The notes under the pieces are model-generated. The model was given only the letters and a program-made list of their open reading frames with translations. It made no database searches and was not told where the DNA came from. The position numbers were made by a program, and so were the translations under genes. From an uncultured Candidatus Saccharibacteria bacterium (lineage in GTDB: Bacteria; Patescibacteriota; CALEFQ01): 64,000 nucleotides of DNA. Positions 9,488 to 18,424 of the stretch are shown in pieces; the first letter of the stretch is position 1, and each line of letters begins with the position of its first letter. Location of the stretch: NCBI GenBank assembly GCA_965230955.1, contig OZ246404.1, positions 782,321 through 846,320 on the forward strand, in the 5' to 3' direction.

Positions 9488-9874
9488 ATGAAAACAGTAC
9501 CTGTCAAAAAGATCCCGACCAGGGTATTAATTACCATCAGGGACAAATCAGTCCTGGAAATCAAGGTATTTCTGAAAGACCAATTCTGGTTCAGCCTCGC
9601 ACGAGAGTCAGGAGGTTTCCTTTACACCGACCATGCCGGCCGGCCAAACAAAATTTCCGCCATCGATGAAATCAACGATCGGGAAATTCTGGAATCACCT
9701 TGGCCGGAAAAAATTCAGCAGGCCTTTGAATCAGAATTGCAGACTGTCACAGATTTACGCTTAATTTTCAGCACCAGCCGAGTCTGTATGGCAAATGAAC
9801 CGACACCCGCCGAAACGGCTCAGGAATATTTTCCGCCTCACGTCCAACGCGAGCTTAACCCGGAAAACTCCTGA
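9488..9874 (+). CDS. hypothetical protein
   Basis: ORF track. AAAAGGAGGAATAGCCA-ATG ribosome-binding site. It is followed by a hairpin plus T7 terminator. Confidence 0.45.
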   Translation: MKTVPVKKIPTRVLITIRDKSVLEIKVFLKDQFWFSLARESGGFLYTDHAGRPNKISAIDEINDREILESPWPEKIQQAFESELQTVTDLRLIFSTSRVCMANEPTPAETAQEYFPPHVQRELNPENS

Positions 9875-9893
9875 TACCACACCGGCCTATATC

Positions 9894-9923
9894 CTCTACT
9901 CGCTCCTCGAGTAGAGTTTTTTT
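9894..9923 (+). terminator. rho-independent terminator (ctctactcg-ctcct-cgagtagag + TTTTTTT)
   Basis: A 9-bp perfect stem with a 5-nt loop, followed by a T-run, directly after the 9488..9874 stop. Confidence 0.55.
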
Positions 9924-9975
9924 ATGACAAAAGACGCGCCGGGAAAGGCGCGCCAAGGATTCGTTTCTAAATTTA

Positions 9976-10284
9976 TTAATCCTCCACCCCAACGTAAAAA
10001 TCCTCGCAGACCTGATCAATATAGCACAATTCCAATTTATCGCCGCGGAAAACGGCACTATCCACCAAGCGGTTTTGCCCTAATTCTTCGGTCAGCAATA
10101 ACTTCGCTTGGTTAGTTTCATTCATTGTTTGGAGCTCTTGGTAACGCTTCGTAATCTGGTCATGCAGACGCTGAACTCGATAGGGCATGCCCCAGGAAGT
10201 AAATTGGACGACGTAATATCCGAAACCGGCCAAGGCCCCCACTACCACCAAAACAACAATCAAAATCTTTATTTTTTTAGTCAT
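9976..10284 (-). CDS. small N-terminally membrane-anchored protein, paralog 1 of a tandem pair (hypothetical)
   Basis: N-terminal TM helix, then a conserved Y-R-x-x-R-L-H-x-Q-I...Q-A-K-x-L-L-T-x-E-L-x-Q-N-R-L...L-C-Y...C-x-D-F pattern shared with 10300..10602. Confidence 0.4.
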   Translation of the reverse strand: MTKKIKILIVVLVVVGALAGFGYYVVQFTSWGMPYRVQRLHDQITKRYQELQTMNETNQAKLLLTEELGQNRLVDSAVFRGDKLELCYIDQVCEDFYVGVED

Positions 10285-10299
10285 TTTTTTAATTAGTAT

Positions 10300-10602
10300 T
10301 TACCAATCTATTTCGAAATCAAGACAAGTATCATTGACATAGCACAAATAAAACAGCTCACCCCGCAATTCGGCGGTTTTGATTAACCGATTTTGATTCA
10401 ATTCCACGGTTAATATTTTTTTAGCTTGGCGCAAATCATTGTTCAGCTGCAATTGGCTGAAGCGCTGTTCGATTTGCTTATGCAATCGACCCAAGCGATA
10501 GGAAATCCCAACTGTCGTATATTTACCAACGATAAAAATAATTCCCAATCCGGCTATCACCGCCACCACCACAATGATCAAAGTTTTTATTTTTGAAATC
10601 AT
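10300..10602 (-). CDS. small N-terminally membrane-anchored protein, paralog 2 of a tandem pair (hypothetical)
   Basis: Same architecture and conserved residues as 9976..10284, at roughly 35-40% identity by eye. Confidence 0.4.
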   Translation of the reverse strand: MISKIKTLIIVVVAVIAGLGIIFIVGKYTTVGISYRLGRLHKQIEQRFSQLQLNNDLRQAKKILTVELNQNRLIKTAELRGELFYLCYVNDTCLDFEIDW

Positions 10603-10605
10603 TTT

Positions 10606-13600
10606 TCAACCTCGGCTAATACCGACATTTGTAACACCGCCCGGGGTCAGTTTTTGCTCTTTCTCCAAATCCGGATTTATCCGATCGGCCAAGGCCGACA
10701 GGGAGATATCCTGAGCCAGCACCTCTTTGCTGATGTATTCACGTAATTTGGCATTCGCCAGCATGCCGGTCACCGCCGAGTCGGCCGTCGTGACACTGAT
10801 TCTGATTCTATCAGCCACATTGTAATCCGCCTCTTTGCGCATATCCTGAATCAGCCTGATCATTTCCCGGGCTAAGCCTTCGGCCTGCAATTCCGGCGTT
10901 ATATCCAAGTTCAATACCACCGTCGTTCCGGCTTCCTGAACTACCGCGAACCCCGGTTTGGCTTCCAAACCTTCACTATACTCCCCCGTTTCCAGGGTAA
11001 AGCGGCCCAATTTCAGACGGCCGGCCTCGTCTTTCTGGTATCCTTTGTTCATCTCCTTTTGGATCTCCGGTAATGCCGGACCATATTTCTTACCCAAGAG
11101 CGGGAAATTTAGCTTAACCTTTTTCTTCGCATATTCTTCCGCGCCGGAAATAAATTCCAACTGTTTGATATTCAGCTCTTCCTTGACTTGATCACTCAAA
11201 TCATCCGTTATCCGCCCGCCCACAACCATAATTTTTCCTAGCGGTTGTCGCACTTTTACTTTTCCGTGTTCCCGCGCCGCGCGCCCCAGCCGCACGACTT
11301 GCAAAACCAACTCCATCTCCCGATTCAGCTTGGCATCGATCAATGTTTTGTCGGCCTCGGGATATTCCGTCAAATGGATGGATTCGGGATCATTGCCACC
11401 TTTAAGATTTTGATAAATCGATTCCGTCAAAAAAGGAATAAACGGCGCCAGCAGTTTGGATAAAGTCATCAGCACGGTATAAAGAACTTGGTAAGCTTCG
11501 GCTTTATCACTATCGCTTTCGCTTTTCCAGAAACGGCGGCGGGAACGGCGCACATACCAATTGGCCAAACTGTCGATAAATTTTTCCGTCTTGGCCACGA
11601 CCGTCGCTTGGTCGTATTTTTTGAGCGATTGATTTGTCTGCGCAACCAGCTCGTGCAAAGCGGATAAAATCCAGCGATCGAGCTTATGTTTTGGCGCTTG
11701 GCGGACCAGAGTCAGCTTCGGCTGATCGATATTGGCGTAGGTGACAAAAAAGACATAGACATTCCACAGCAACAATAATTTTCGGCGCACTTCATCGGCC
11801 ACATGGTAGCCAAAACGCAGGTTCAATTCCGGCTGCTGGGCACAATACATCCAGCGCATAACATCGACGCCGATTTTTTCGGCCGCGTCATCAAACCAAA
11901 TGGCATTACCTTTGGATTTGTGCATTTCCTCGCCTTTTTCATCCTTGACCGTCGCATAACCGAGAACGGTTTGAAAAGGATTGGTATCTTCCAGCGCCGT
12001 ACTCATCGCAATCAGAGAATAAAACCAATTTTTGAACTGTCCGGGAAAAGATTCCGAAATGAAATCGGCGGGAAACCACTTTTTCCAGTATTCTTTGTCT
12101 CGGAAATAGCCCATCGTGGAAAACGGCACGATCCCGGCGTCCAGCCAGGGATTGCCCACGTCCGGTATACGGCTCACTGATTTGCCGCATTTGGGGCACT
12201 TGATTTTGATCGCGTCAATCCAAGGTTTGTGAGGACTGTGGCCATCGAACTCCGTCCAGCCGGCGACGGCTTTCTTTTGTAATTCTTCCCGCGAGCCGAT
12301 CACTTCAAAATGACCGCACTGGCATTCCCAAATCGGTAAGGCCAGGCCCCAATAACGCTTCTTCGAGATCAACCAGTCGTGCATATTTTTGAGCCAATCC
12401 AATTCTCGATCCAGGCCAAAACTCGGAATCCAATTGATTTTCTTGGATACCGCCATCATTTGGTGGCGCAATTTATCCATCGAAATATACCACTCATCCA
12501 CCACGCGCCAAACCAGTTCGTCTTTACAGCGCCAGCAAGTCGGATAGCGGTGCGTATATTCTTCCACTTTGAAATAATGCGTTTTTTGCTTTTTGAGATA
12601 ATCTAAAATTATTTCCGGCTTATTTTTGGCATTTTGCCCGCTGAAAGATCCCAGCTGATCCAGATATCCGGCGCTTTCATCAATCACATCAATCACCGGC
12701 AGTTTTTTTTCTTTGCCCAGCAAAAAATCTTCCGTCCCGGCACCGGGAGCGATATGGACAATTCCCGTTCCTTCTTCCGCCGTTACCAAATCTTTGCCAT
12801 CGACCACCGAATGAAAAGTTTTTTCATTCGTCTTTTTCGCTTCTTGCACCCGCGGCAAATTATCGAACGGTCCGCGATAATGCAACCCAGCCAGTTTGGC
12901 GCCGGAATTTTTTTCCACTTCTTTCCAATCTTTCCCCAAAACCTTGGCCGCCAGCTCGGCTAACATAATCAATTTTTCTCCATCTTTGGCGTAGACTCCG
13001 TAATCGAACTCGGGATTGACGGCCAGCGCAACATTGGCGGGAATAGTCCAAGGCGTGGTCGTCCAAACCAAGAATTGTTCGCCGGGGCGCTCGATAATCG
13101 GCAATTTGAAAAATATCGCCTTGTGTTTGAGCTGTTTGTATTCCTCGCTCAATATCTCATGCTGAGATATGGCTGTACCGCAACGGGGACACCAGGGGAC
13201 GGAATCACGTCCTTTGTATAAGTCGCCGCGCTCGAAGCAAGTTTTGATAAAATGCCAGATGGCGAAATTATTCTCATCACTCATCGTGTAATATGAATTG
13301 TCCCAGTCCATCCACTGTCCCAGACGAATCGACTGCTTGGTTTGGATAGCGGAATATTTTCGCACCCGCTCTTTGCATTTTTCGACAAATTCGCCAACGC
13401 CGTATTTTTCGATATCTTTTTTAGTCTTGAATTTCAGTTCTTTTTCAACTTCCACTTCCACCCACAAGCCCTGGCAATCGAAACCATTTTGCCAACGCTG
13501 ATCAAAACCCCGCATGGCAAAATAGCGCTGGAAAAGATCCTTCAGAGTTCGGCCCCAAGCGTGATGCACCCCCATCGGATTATTTGCGGTAATCGGACCG

Positions 13601-13734
13601 TCGAGAAATGACCAAGTCTTTTTTCCTTTCAGCTGTTGCTGAAGCTTGGCAAAAATTTTGTGTTTCGCCCAAAAATCGAGCATCTCGTGCTCGAGAACAA
13701 CGAAGTTCTGTTTCGGGTTTACTGGCTTTAACAT
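10606..13734 (-). CDS. ileS: isoleucine--tRNA ligase (the track start at 13776 runs into the palindromic repeat; the likely true start is MLKPVNP, near 13734)
   Basis: Class I HIGH region (PMGVHHAWGRT), KMSKS as EMHKSKGN, the CP1 editing domain, and a C-terminal zinc-binding region. The length fits IleRS. Confidence 0.9.
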   Translation of the reverse strand: MLKPVNPKQNFVVLEHEMLDFWAKHKIFAKLQQQLKGKKTWSFLDGPITANNPMGVHHAWGRTLKDLFQRYFAMRGFDQRWQNGFDCQGLWVEVEVEKELKFKTKKDIEKYGVGEFVEKCKERVRKYSAIQTKQSIRLGQWMDWDNSYYTMSDENNFAIWHFIKTCFERGDLYKGRDSVPWCPRCGTAISQHEILSEEYKQLKHKAIFFKLPIIERPGEQFLVWTTTPWTIPANVALAVNPEFDYGVYAKDGEKLIMLAELAAKVLGKDWKEVEKNSGAKLAGLHYRGPFDNLPRVQEAKKTNEKTFHSVVDGKDLVTAEEGTGIVHIAPGAGTEDFLLGKEKKLPVIDVIDESAGYLDQLGSFSGQNAKNKPEIILDYLKKQKTHYFKVEEYTHRYPTCWRCKDELVWRVVDEWYISMDKLRHQMMAVSKKINWIPSFGLDRELDWLKNMHDWLISKKRYWGLALPIWECQCGHFEVIGSREELQKKAVAGWTEFDGHSPHKPWIDAIKIKCPKCGKSVSRIPDVGNPWLDAGIVPFSTMGYFRDKEYWKKWFPADFISESFPGQFKNWFYSLIAMSTALEDTNPFQTVLGYATVKDEKGEEMHKSKGNAIWFDDAAEKIGVDVMRWMYCAQQPELNLRFGYHVADEVRRKLLLLWNVYVFFVTYANIDQPKLTLVRQAPKHKLDRWILSALHELVAQTNQSLKKYDQATVVAKTEKFIDSLANWYVRRSRRRFWKSESDSDKAEAYQVLYTVLMTLSKLLAPFIPFLTESIYQNLKGGNDPESIHLTEYPEADKTLIDAKLNREMELVLQVVRLGRAAREHGKVKVRQPLGKIMVVGGRITDDLSDQVKEELNIKQLEFISGAEEYAKKKVKLNFPLLGKKYGPALPEIQKEMNKGYQKDEAGRLKLGRFTLETGEYSEGLEAKPGFAVVQEAGTTVVLNLDITPELQAEGLAREMIRLIQDMRKEADYNVADRIRISVTTADSAVTGMLANAKLREYISKEVLAQDISLSALADRINPDLEKEQKLTPGGVTNVGISRG

Positions 13735-13750
13735 AAAACGAATAACAATT

Positions 13751-13825
13751 AACAGGTAACAGCTAACAAGTAACAAATTGGAAAAAATTCCATACCTGTT
13801 ACTTGTTACCTGTTACTTGCTACTT
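13751..13825. repeat. ~85-bp palindromic intergenic element, family R1 copy b
   Basis: aacaggtaacagctaacaagtaacaaattggaaaaaattccatacctgttacttgttacctgttacttgctactt. It abuts the stop of the 13824..14339 gene and ends about 15 nt before the ileS start. Confidence 0.6.
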
Positions 13826-14339
13826 AATCACTCTCTCCGGTCAAAGTTCCTAAAAACCGACGGATTTTTGTCAGTGGCACGTCCCAGCTGTCTGGCAAAA
13901 AAGTATTTTCCCCGGTTTGCAAATCCTCCGCGGTAATTTCAAAAATCTGCTTTCGTCCTTCCTCATTGAAAAGCGTCAAAGTTTCGTTTAGGGAAGTTTC
14001 ACCGGAATTTTCCAGCTTGAGTTTCTCTTTTAATTCGTCATACCGTTTATTGCTGATCAAGGTGTAGAATTCGGTCACTTCGTCTCGACTTACCTGAGCC
14101 AGCTGTTCCCCCGCCTTTTTTGAATTTACTTTTACCTTTCCGTCATAACCAACCTCCACATATTCGCTAAAAGTGCCGGTTTTGTCAATCCGATCCAGCG
14201 TGAAAAATTGGCCGGTCTCCGGCAAATCCAGTTCGGATTGAGGCCCGAATTTGGTCAAAGAAGTCAAAGAATCCGTACTACAGCCGGAAAAAAGGAGCAA
14301 CGCGGCGCTCACGAGTATAATTGTCGATAAAAGTTTCAT
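13824..14339 (-). CDS. lipoprotein (hypothetical)
   Basis: Signal peptide with a lipobox LFSGC. Confidence 0.5.
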   Translation of the reverse strand: MKLLSTIILVSAALLLFSGCSTDSLTSLTKFGPQSELDLPETGQFFTLDRIDKTGTFSEYVEVGYDGKVKVNSKKAGEQLAQVSRDEVTEFYTLISNKRYDELKEKLKLENSGETSLNETLTLFNEEGRKQIFEITAEDLQTGENTFLPDSWDVPLTKIRRFLGTLTGESD

Positions 14340-14510
14340 GACAACAAGGTTTAATTACCATCATTTTATCAGAAATTGGCTGAATTGGATAGTTTTTAGG
14401 CAAAATAAAAACGGAGCTTTGGGTAAGCTCCGCTGCTTCCATGCTCCAAACAAGCATTCGCTGATATTAAGAAAACCCTTTTGCACTATCAGCACGATTC
14501 CCAAAAATAG

Positions 14511-14540
14511 AAAAGGGGGCTCGCTTTCACAAGCCCCCTC
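14511..14540 (-). terminator. hairpin terminator after the 14544..15386 gene (gggggct-N10-agccccc, with a U-run on the minus strand)
   Basis: GC stem directly 3' of the stop, followed on the minus strand by TTTTCTATTTTT. Confidence 0.45.
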
Positions 14541-14543
14541 GGA

Positions 14544-15386
14544 TCATTCATGTTTGTAGAGTTTCAACTCTACCTCCTGGTGACAGCCTACCGGAACAAA
14601 TCCGTCATAGGCTTGGATGTTGATACGCTGCCCGCTAAGATAGAGACTAAGCAGCGCAACGGGCGAGTATTCCGCCCTGTTCCCAGCGCGGTTTTCGTAG
14701 ACCGCCTGGACTCGATTGAGAGGAGCACAGAACGATACCGAAGTTTCGAAGCATAGCAGCAAGAACAAGGTCTTGGAAAACTGAGACTTCTGCTTTGCCA
14801 TCAAAGCTTCCAGTGTATTGGGGTTTCGAAATTCGAGCGTAGTCAAGAGAGACAACATGTCAGTAACTCGATACATCGAACTGGAAACTTCCAACGGATA
14901 CCCGAAATCGAATTCAGCTCGAGTCCAATCATACTGCAGGACGAAGCCGTTTGACGAGTCGAATTCAGGCAGACGCTGCGACTGATCAACCGGGTAACAA
15001 TAACTGATATTGCGTCCCAGTCGAAGAGAGAAACCAATAGCTTGCGGATAATCATCAAGGGCATCGGTCACCTGTTTCACGAGAAAGTCTTTGACAAAAA
15101 GATTGTCATCGACGAGAAACAGGACATACTCGAATCCATTGAGAGACCTTAGAACATCGAGCCGGAATTCTGTCTCGCGAATGAATTCCACCCCGTGTTC
15201 CCGGGCAAACAGTGTCGCCATTTGGAGATAAAGTTCCTCCATCAAAGCGTCGCTGGCGGCCCAAATCACCTTCATCTTTATAACTTCTGAATCGCGGCAG
15301 TGAAGGAAAAATCCGCGAATAGTAGCATCCAGTTGCAAGGGACGATCCTTGCTGAAAAGAATGACAACAGCATTACGCGTGTTCAT
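14544..15386 (-). CDS. putative GT-A-fold glycosyltransferase-like protein (DxD-like VDDN); function uncertain
   Basis: N-terminal VVILFSKDRPLQLD and FLVDDNLF resemble nucleotide-sugar transferase motifs. Its codon usage looks slightly different from its neighbours. It is flanked by a terminator and tRNA-Leu. Confidence 0.3.
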   Translation of the reverse strand: MNTRNAVVILFSKDRPLQLDATIRGFFLHCRDSEVIKMKVIWAASDALMEELYLQMATLFAREHGVEFIRETEFRLDVLRSLNGFEYVLFLVDDNLFVKDFLVKQVTDALDDYPQAIGFSLRLGRNISYCYPVDQSQRLPEFDSSNGFVLQYDWTRAEFDFGYPLEVSSSMYRVTDMLSLLTTLEFRNPNTLEALMAKQKSQFSKTLFLLLCFETSVSFCAPLNRVQAVYENRAGNRAEYSPVALLSLYLSGQRINIQAYDGFVPVGCHQEVELKLYKHE

Positions 15387-15553
15387 TAGGATCCCCCCTT
15401 TTTCTCCGCTTCATGAGCGGAAAACTATACCAGGCACCTTGCCTGATACCTTATATTTATATCACAAAAAGATTGTTCTGTCAAGTATAAAAAAACAGAA
15501 ATAGAAATTTCTGTTATACCCGCAGATCGAATATTGATAATGGAAAATTAATT

Positions 15554-15640
15554 TGGTGCCGAGGGGGGGACTTGAACCCCCAAGGGATTTCTCCCATAGC
15601 GCCCTGAACGCTACGTGTTTGCCAATTTCACCACCTCGGC
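15554..15640 (-). tRNA. tRNA-Leu (anticodon CAG), long variable arm, CCA encoded
   Basis: Read as GCCGAGG-TG-GTGAAATTGGCAAACAC-GTAGCG-TTCAGGG-CGCTAT-GGGAGAAATCCCTT-GGGGGTTCAAGTCCCCC-CCTCGGC-A-CCA. This gives a 7-bp acceptor stem, a T-loop TTCAAGT, and the anticodon CAG in a 7-nt loop. Confidence 0.85.
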
Positions 15641-15671
15641 ATGCAAATGAAAAGAATATATATTTTAATTA

Positions 15672-15710
15672 CGTGTTTGCCAATTTCCTGCCTGCCGGTA
15701 GGCAGGCACC
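15672..15710 (-). other. partial duplicate of the tRNA-Leu 5' end (acceptor plus D-arm, about 28 nt) interrupted by a 20-nt palindromic insert (cctgcctaccggcaggcagg)
   Basis: gccgaggtggtg[cctgcctaccggcaggcagg]aaattggcaaacacgt compared with the tRNA 5' end gccgaggtggtgaaattggcaaacacgt, about 30 nt upstream of the intact tRNA. Confidence 0.5.
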
Positions 15711-15812
15711 ACCTCGGCCGACTTTTCTAGAATATAATTCTAAAACTTTTAACCCTAACTGTCAATTTTCAAATAGCGCTGGCTGAATGCCAGCGCTATT
15801 CAATCCCAAATA

Positions 15813-16511
15813 CTAGAGCTTCTCTTTTATTTTCGATTCCAGCGCGCTCGCTTCCAGCATTCCCCCAATTTGCACCCCGTTCAAGAAAGCGGCCGGTGTC
15901 CCAGAAACGCCATAAGACTCCCCGTCCGCTTGATCGGCCTTGATCGCGTCGGCTACCGCCGAACTTTTCATGTCTTCCTCAAATTGAGAAACATTAAGTT
16001 TCAACTGCCGAGCGAATTCGACATATTTGCCGTCAGCCAAAGCGGCTTGGTTTTTGAAAAGCAGATCGGACATTTCCCAAAACTTTCCTTGCTGTTCCGC
16101 CGCGGCCGCCGCTTGGGCCGCCGGTAGCGCCTGGGGATGTCCGCTGAGAGGGAAATGGCGATAAACGATACGGAGATCACTGTTACTGAAAGTTTTGCGC
16201 GCCGCAATGGTGCTCTCGTGCATTTTAGAGCAGTAGGGGCACTGATAATCAGTGAAAATAATCAAAGTCACTTTCGCTTCGGCCTCTCCGGAAAAAACCG
16301 AATTGCCGGCTTTCACGTCTTCCGGATTAGGCGCCGGAGCCGGTTCGGCCAATTTCATCTGCTGTTCGTAAGCGGCAATGAGTGGAGCGCTTTTCGCCTC
16401 GAGATCGGAATATTTCACCTGCAAACCGCTGACCACTAAATACTGCCAGCTCAAACTGATGACAAAAAGAACGCAGACTAAGATCGCAATAACTTTCCAG
16501 GAATCTTTCAT
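15813..16511 (-). CDS. DsbA-family thiol:disulfide oxidoreductase (membrane-anchored)
   Basis: Thioredoxin-fold CPYC active site (TDYQCPYCSKMH), an N-terminal TM helix, and the FLNGVQI motif. Confidence 0.8.
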   Translation of the reverse strand: MKDSWKVIAILVCVLFVISLSWQYLVVSGLQVKYSDLEAKSAPLIAAYEQQMKLAEPAPAPNPEDVKAGNSVFSGEAEAKVTLIIFTDYQCPYCSKMHESTIAARKTFSNSDLRIVYRHFPLSGHPQALPAAQAAAAAEQQGKFWEMSDLLFKNQAALADGKYVEFARQLKLNVSQFEEDMKSSAVADAIKADQADGESYGVSGTPAAFLNGVQIGGMLEASALESKIKEKL

Positions 16512-16523
16512 AAAATTTTATTA

Positions 16524-16612
16524 AACAAGTAACAGATAACAAGTAACAGGTAACAATTAACAAATTGGAGAAAATCCCATACCTGTTACTTGTTCCCTGT
16601 TACTTGCTACTT
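16524..16612. repeat. ~85-bp palindromic intergenic element, family R1 copy c
   Basis: aacaagtaacagataacaagtaacaggtaacaattaacaaattggagaaaatcccatacctgttacttgttccctgttacttgctacttgg. It is nearly identical to copy b, including the loop. It lies between the argS stop and the DsbA-like start. Confidence 0.6.
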
Positions 16613-16615
16613 GGT

Positions 16616-18340
16616 TTACATTCTCTCCAGCACTTTGATGCCCAAAATACCCAAGCCATTCTTCAGCACTTGCGCCGTGGCGGCGCATAAACTCAACCGG
16701 CTGTTTTTCAGATCGACCGTCTCCGCTTTCAAGACCGGCACAGCATTATAAAACGCATTGTAAGTCCTTGACAAGTCCCCCAAATATTCGGCCAGCAAAT
16801 TAGGGGAGTAGCTCAGCGCTGCTTTCCTGATCAATTCCGGGAAACGACTCAATCGGCGTAATAAATATTGTTCTTCCGGCAGGTCCAAACCAGCGACCGA
16901 CTCACCTATTTTCTTTATTCCGCTCTTTCGAATAATCCCTTGAATACGGGCATACGTATATTGGATATACGGTCCAGTATCACCAGTCATTTTAATCGTG
17001 GTTTCCGGGTCAAAATGAATATCTTTCGGCACTTCGTACTTTAGAATACCGTATTTCATGGCCGCCAGCGCGATCGCTTCCGCGGTCGCGTCTTCATTTT
17101 CCTTCGGCACCTGAATTTTACTCTCTTTCATCACCGTTGCCGCTCGCGTTTTCATCTCGTCCAAAAACTTGTCAGTCGAGACAACATTCCCCTTCCGCGA
17201 CGACATTTTTTCGCGCCCCAGATAAATATAACCGTAAGCCAAATGGTGGCTGCGCTGAGCAAAACTATAGCCGATCAGCTGATAGATCGCAAAAAGAACC
17301 TGGAAATGAAAACTTTGATGAATATCGACGCAATACAACATCCGCTCGGGGTGATACTTTTTCTCCCGCGCCTCGCCCAAATACATATCCTGGGTGATAT
17401 AGATCGAAGTGCCATCGGCGCGCAATAAAACCTTTTCACCCAGACCGAATTTAGACAAATCCACCACGACCTGGCCATCGGGCTTTTTAACAAAGAGGCC
17501 CTTTTTCAAATAGCGCTCGACGATTTCTTTTCCTTTTTGGTAAATATCGCTCTCATAAACTTTATCATCAAATCGTGAACCCTCGCGCTGATAAGTTTGA
17601 GCGAAACCCTGATAGACCCAGGCATTCATCTTTTTCCACAAAGCCCGAACCTCGGGATCGCCCGCTTCCCATTTAACCAGCATTTGGGCCACTTGATCGG
17701 CCAGAGTCGGATCTTTCGCCAATTCGTTTTCATACCGAACATAGAAGCTGCCGACAAAATGATCACTCTTCATTTTAGCGCTCTCCGGCGTTTGGCCCTG
17801 CCCAAACTTTTGGTACATCAACATACTTTTGCAAATATGTTGGCCACGGTCATTCAATAATATTGTCAAAACGACATCATAGCCAATCGCTTTCAATAAA
17901 TTATACACGGCCATGCCGATTGCATCATTACGGAAATGCCCGATATGCAGAGCCTTATTGGTATTGGGACTGGAATATTCCAGGACTATTTTTTTCCCCC
18001 GCCCCGAATCATCATGGCCGAACCGGTCGCCGGCCTTGATAATTTCCAATACGATGCTTTGATTAGAAGCGGCCGATAAATGGAAATTGATGAAGCCGGG
18101 CTTAGCCACTTCCACTTTCGAAAAATACTTTTTACTGTCGCCAGCGACGATTTTAGGAGCCAGCTCCGTCGCAATTTTTATCGGCGCTTGTTTCAATCGC
18201 TTGGCCAGCACCATGGCGATATTGGAAGAAAAATCCCCGTGGCTCTCATCGCGCGGATGTTCCACGACAAAAGAGACATCTGGAGAGATGTCCGAGCCTA
18301 AGGCATCACGAATTACTTGTTCGATATATTGTTTGATCAT
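16616..18340 (-). CDS. argS: arginine--tRNA ligase
   Basis: SPNTNKALHIGHFRN (HIGH motif), the C-terminal DALR-like anticodon-binding region, and the ArgRS-type KMSSRKG. The length is 574 aa. Confidence 0.9.
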   Translation of the reverse strand: MIKQYIEQVIRDALGSDISPDVSFVVEHPRDESHGDFSSNIAMVLAKRLKQAPIKIATELAPKIVAGDSKKYFSKVEVAKPGFINFHLSAASNQSIVLEIIKAGDRFGHDDSGRGKKIVLEYSSPNTNKALHIGHFRNDAIGMAVYNLLKAIGYDVVLTILLNDRGQHICKSMLMYQKFGQGQTPESAKMKSDHFVGSFYVRYENELAKDPTLADQVAQMLVKWEAGDPEVRALWKKMNAWVYQGFAQTYQREGSRFDDKVYESDIYQKGKEIVERYLKKGLFVKKPDGQVVVDLSKFGLGEKVLLRADGTSIYITQDMYLGEAREKKYHPERMLYCVDIHQSFHFQVLFAIYQLIGYSFAQRSHHLAYGYIYLGREKMSSRKGNVVSTDKFLDEMKTRAATVMKESKIQVPKENEDATAEAIALAAMKYGILKYEVPKDIHFDPETTIKMTGDTGPYIQYTYARIQGIIRKSGIKKIGESVAGLDLPEEQYLLRRLSRFPELIRKAALSYSPNLLAEYLGDLSRTYNAFYNAVPVLKAETVDLKNSRLSLCAATAQVLKNGLGILGIKVLERM

Positions 18341-18424
18341 CTAAAATTAATGACATTATTGTCTATAAGACTAAAGACCATACCTGCGGCAGGCAGGGAC
18401 TAAAGACAAAAGACCAAAGACTCT

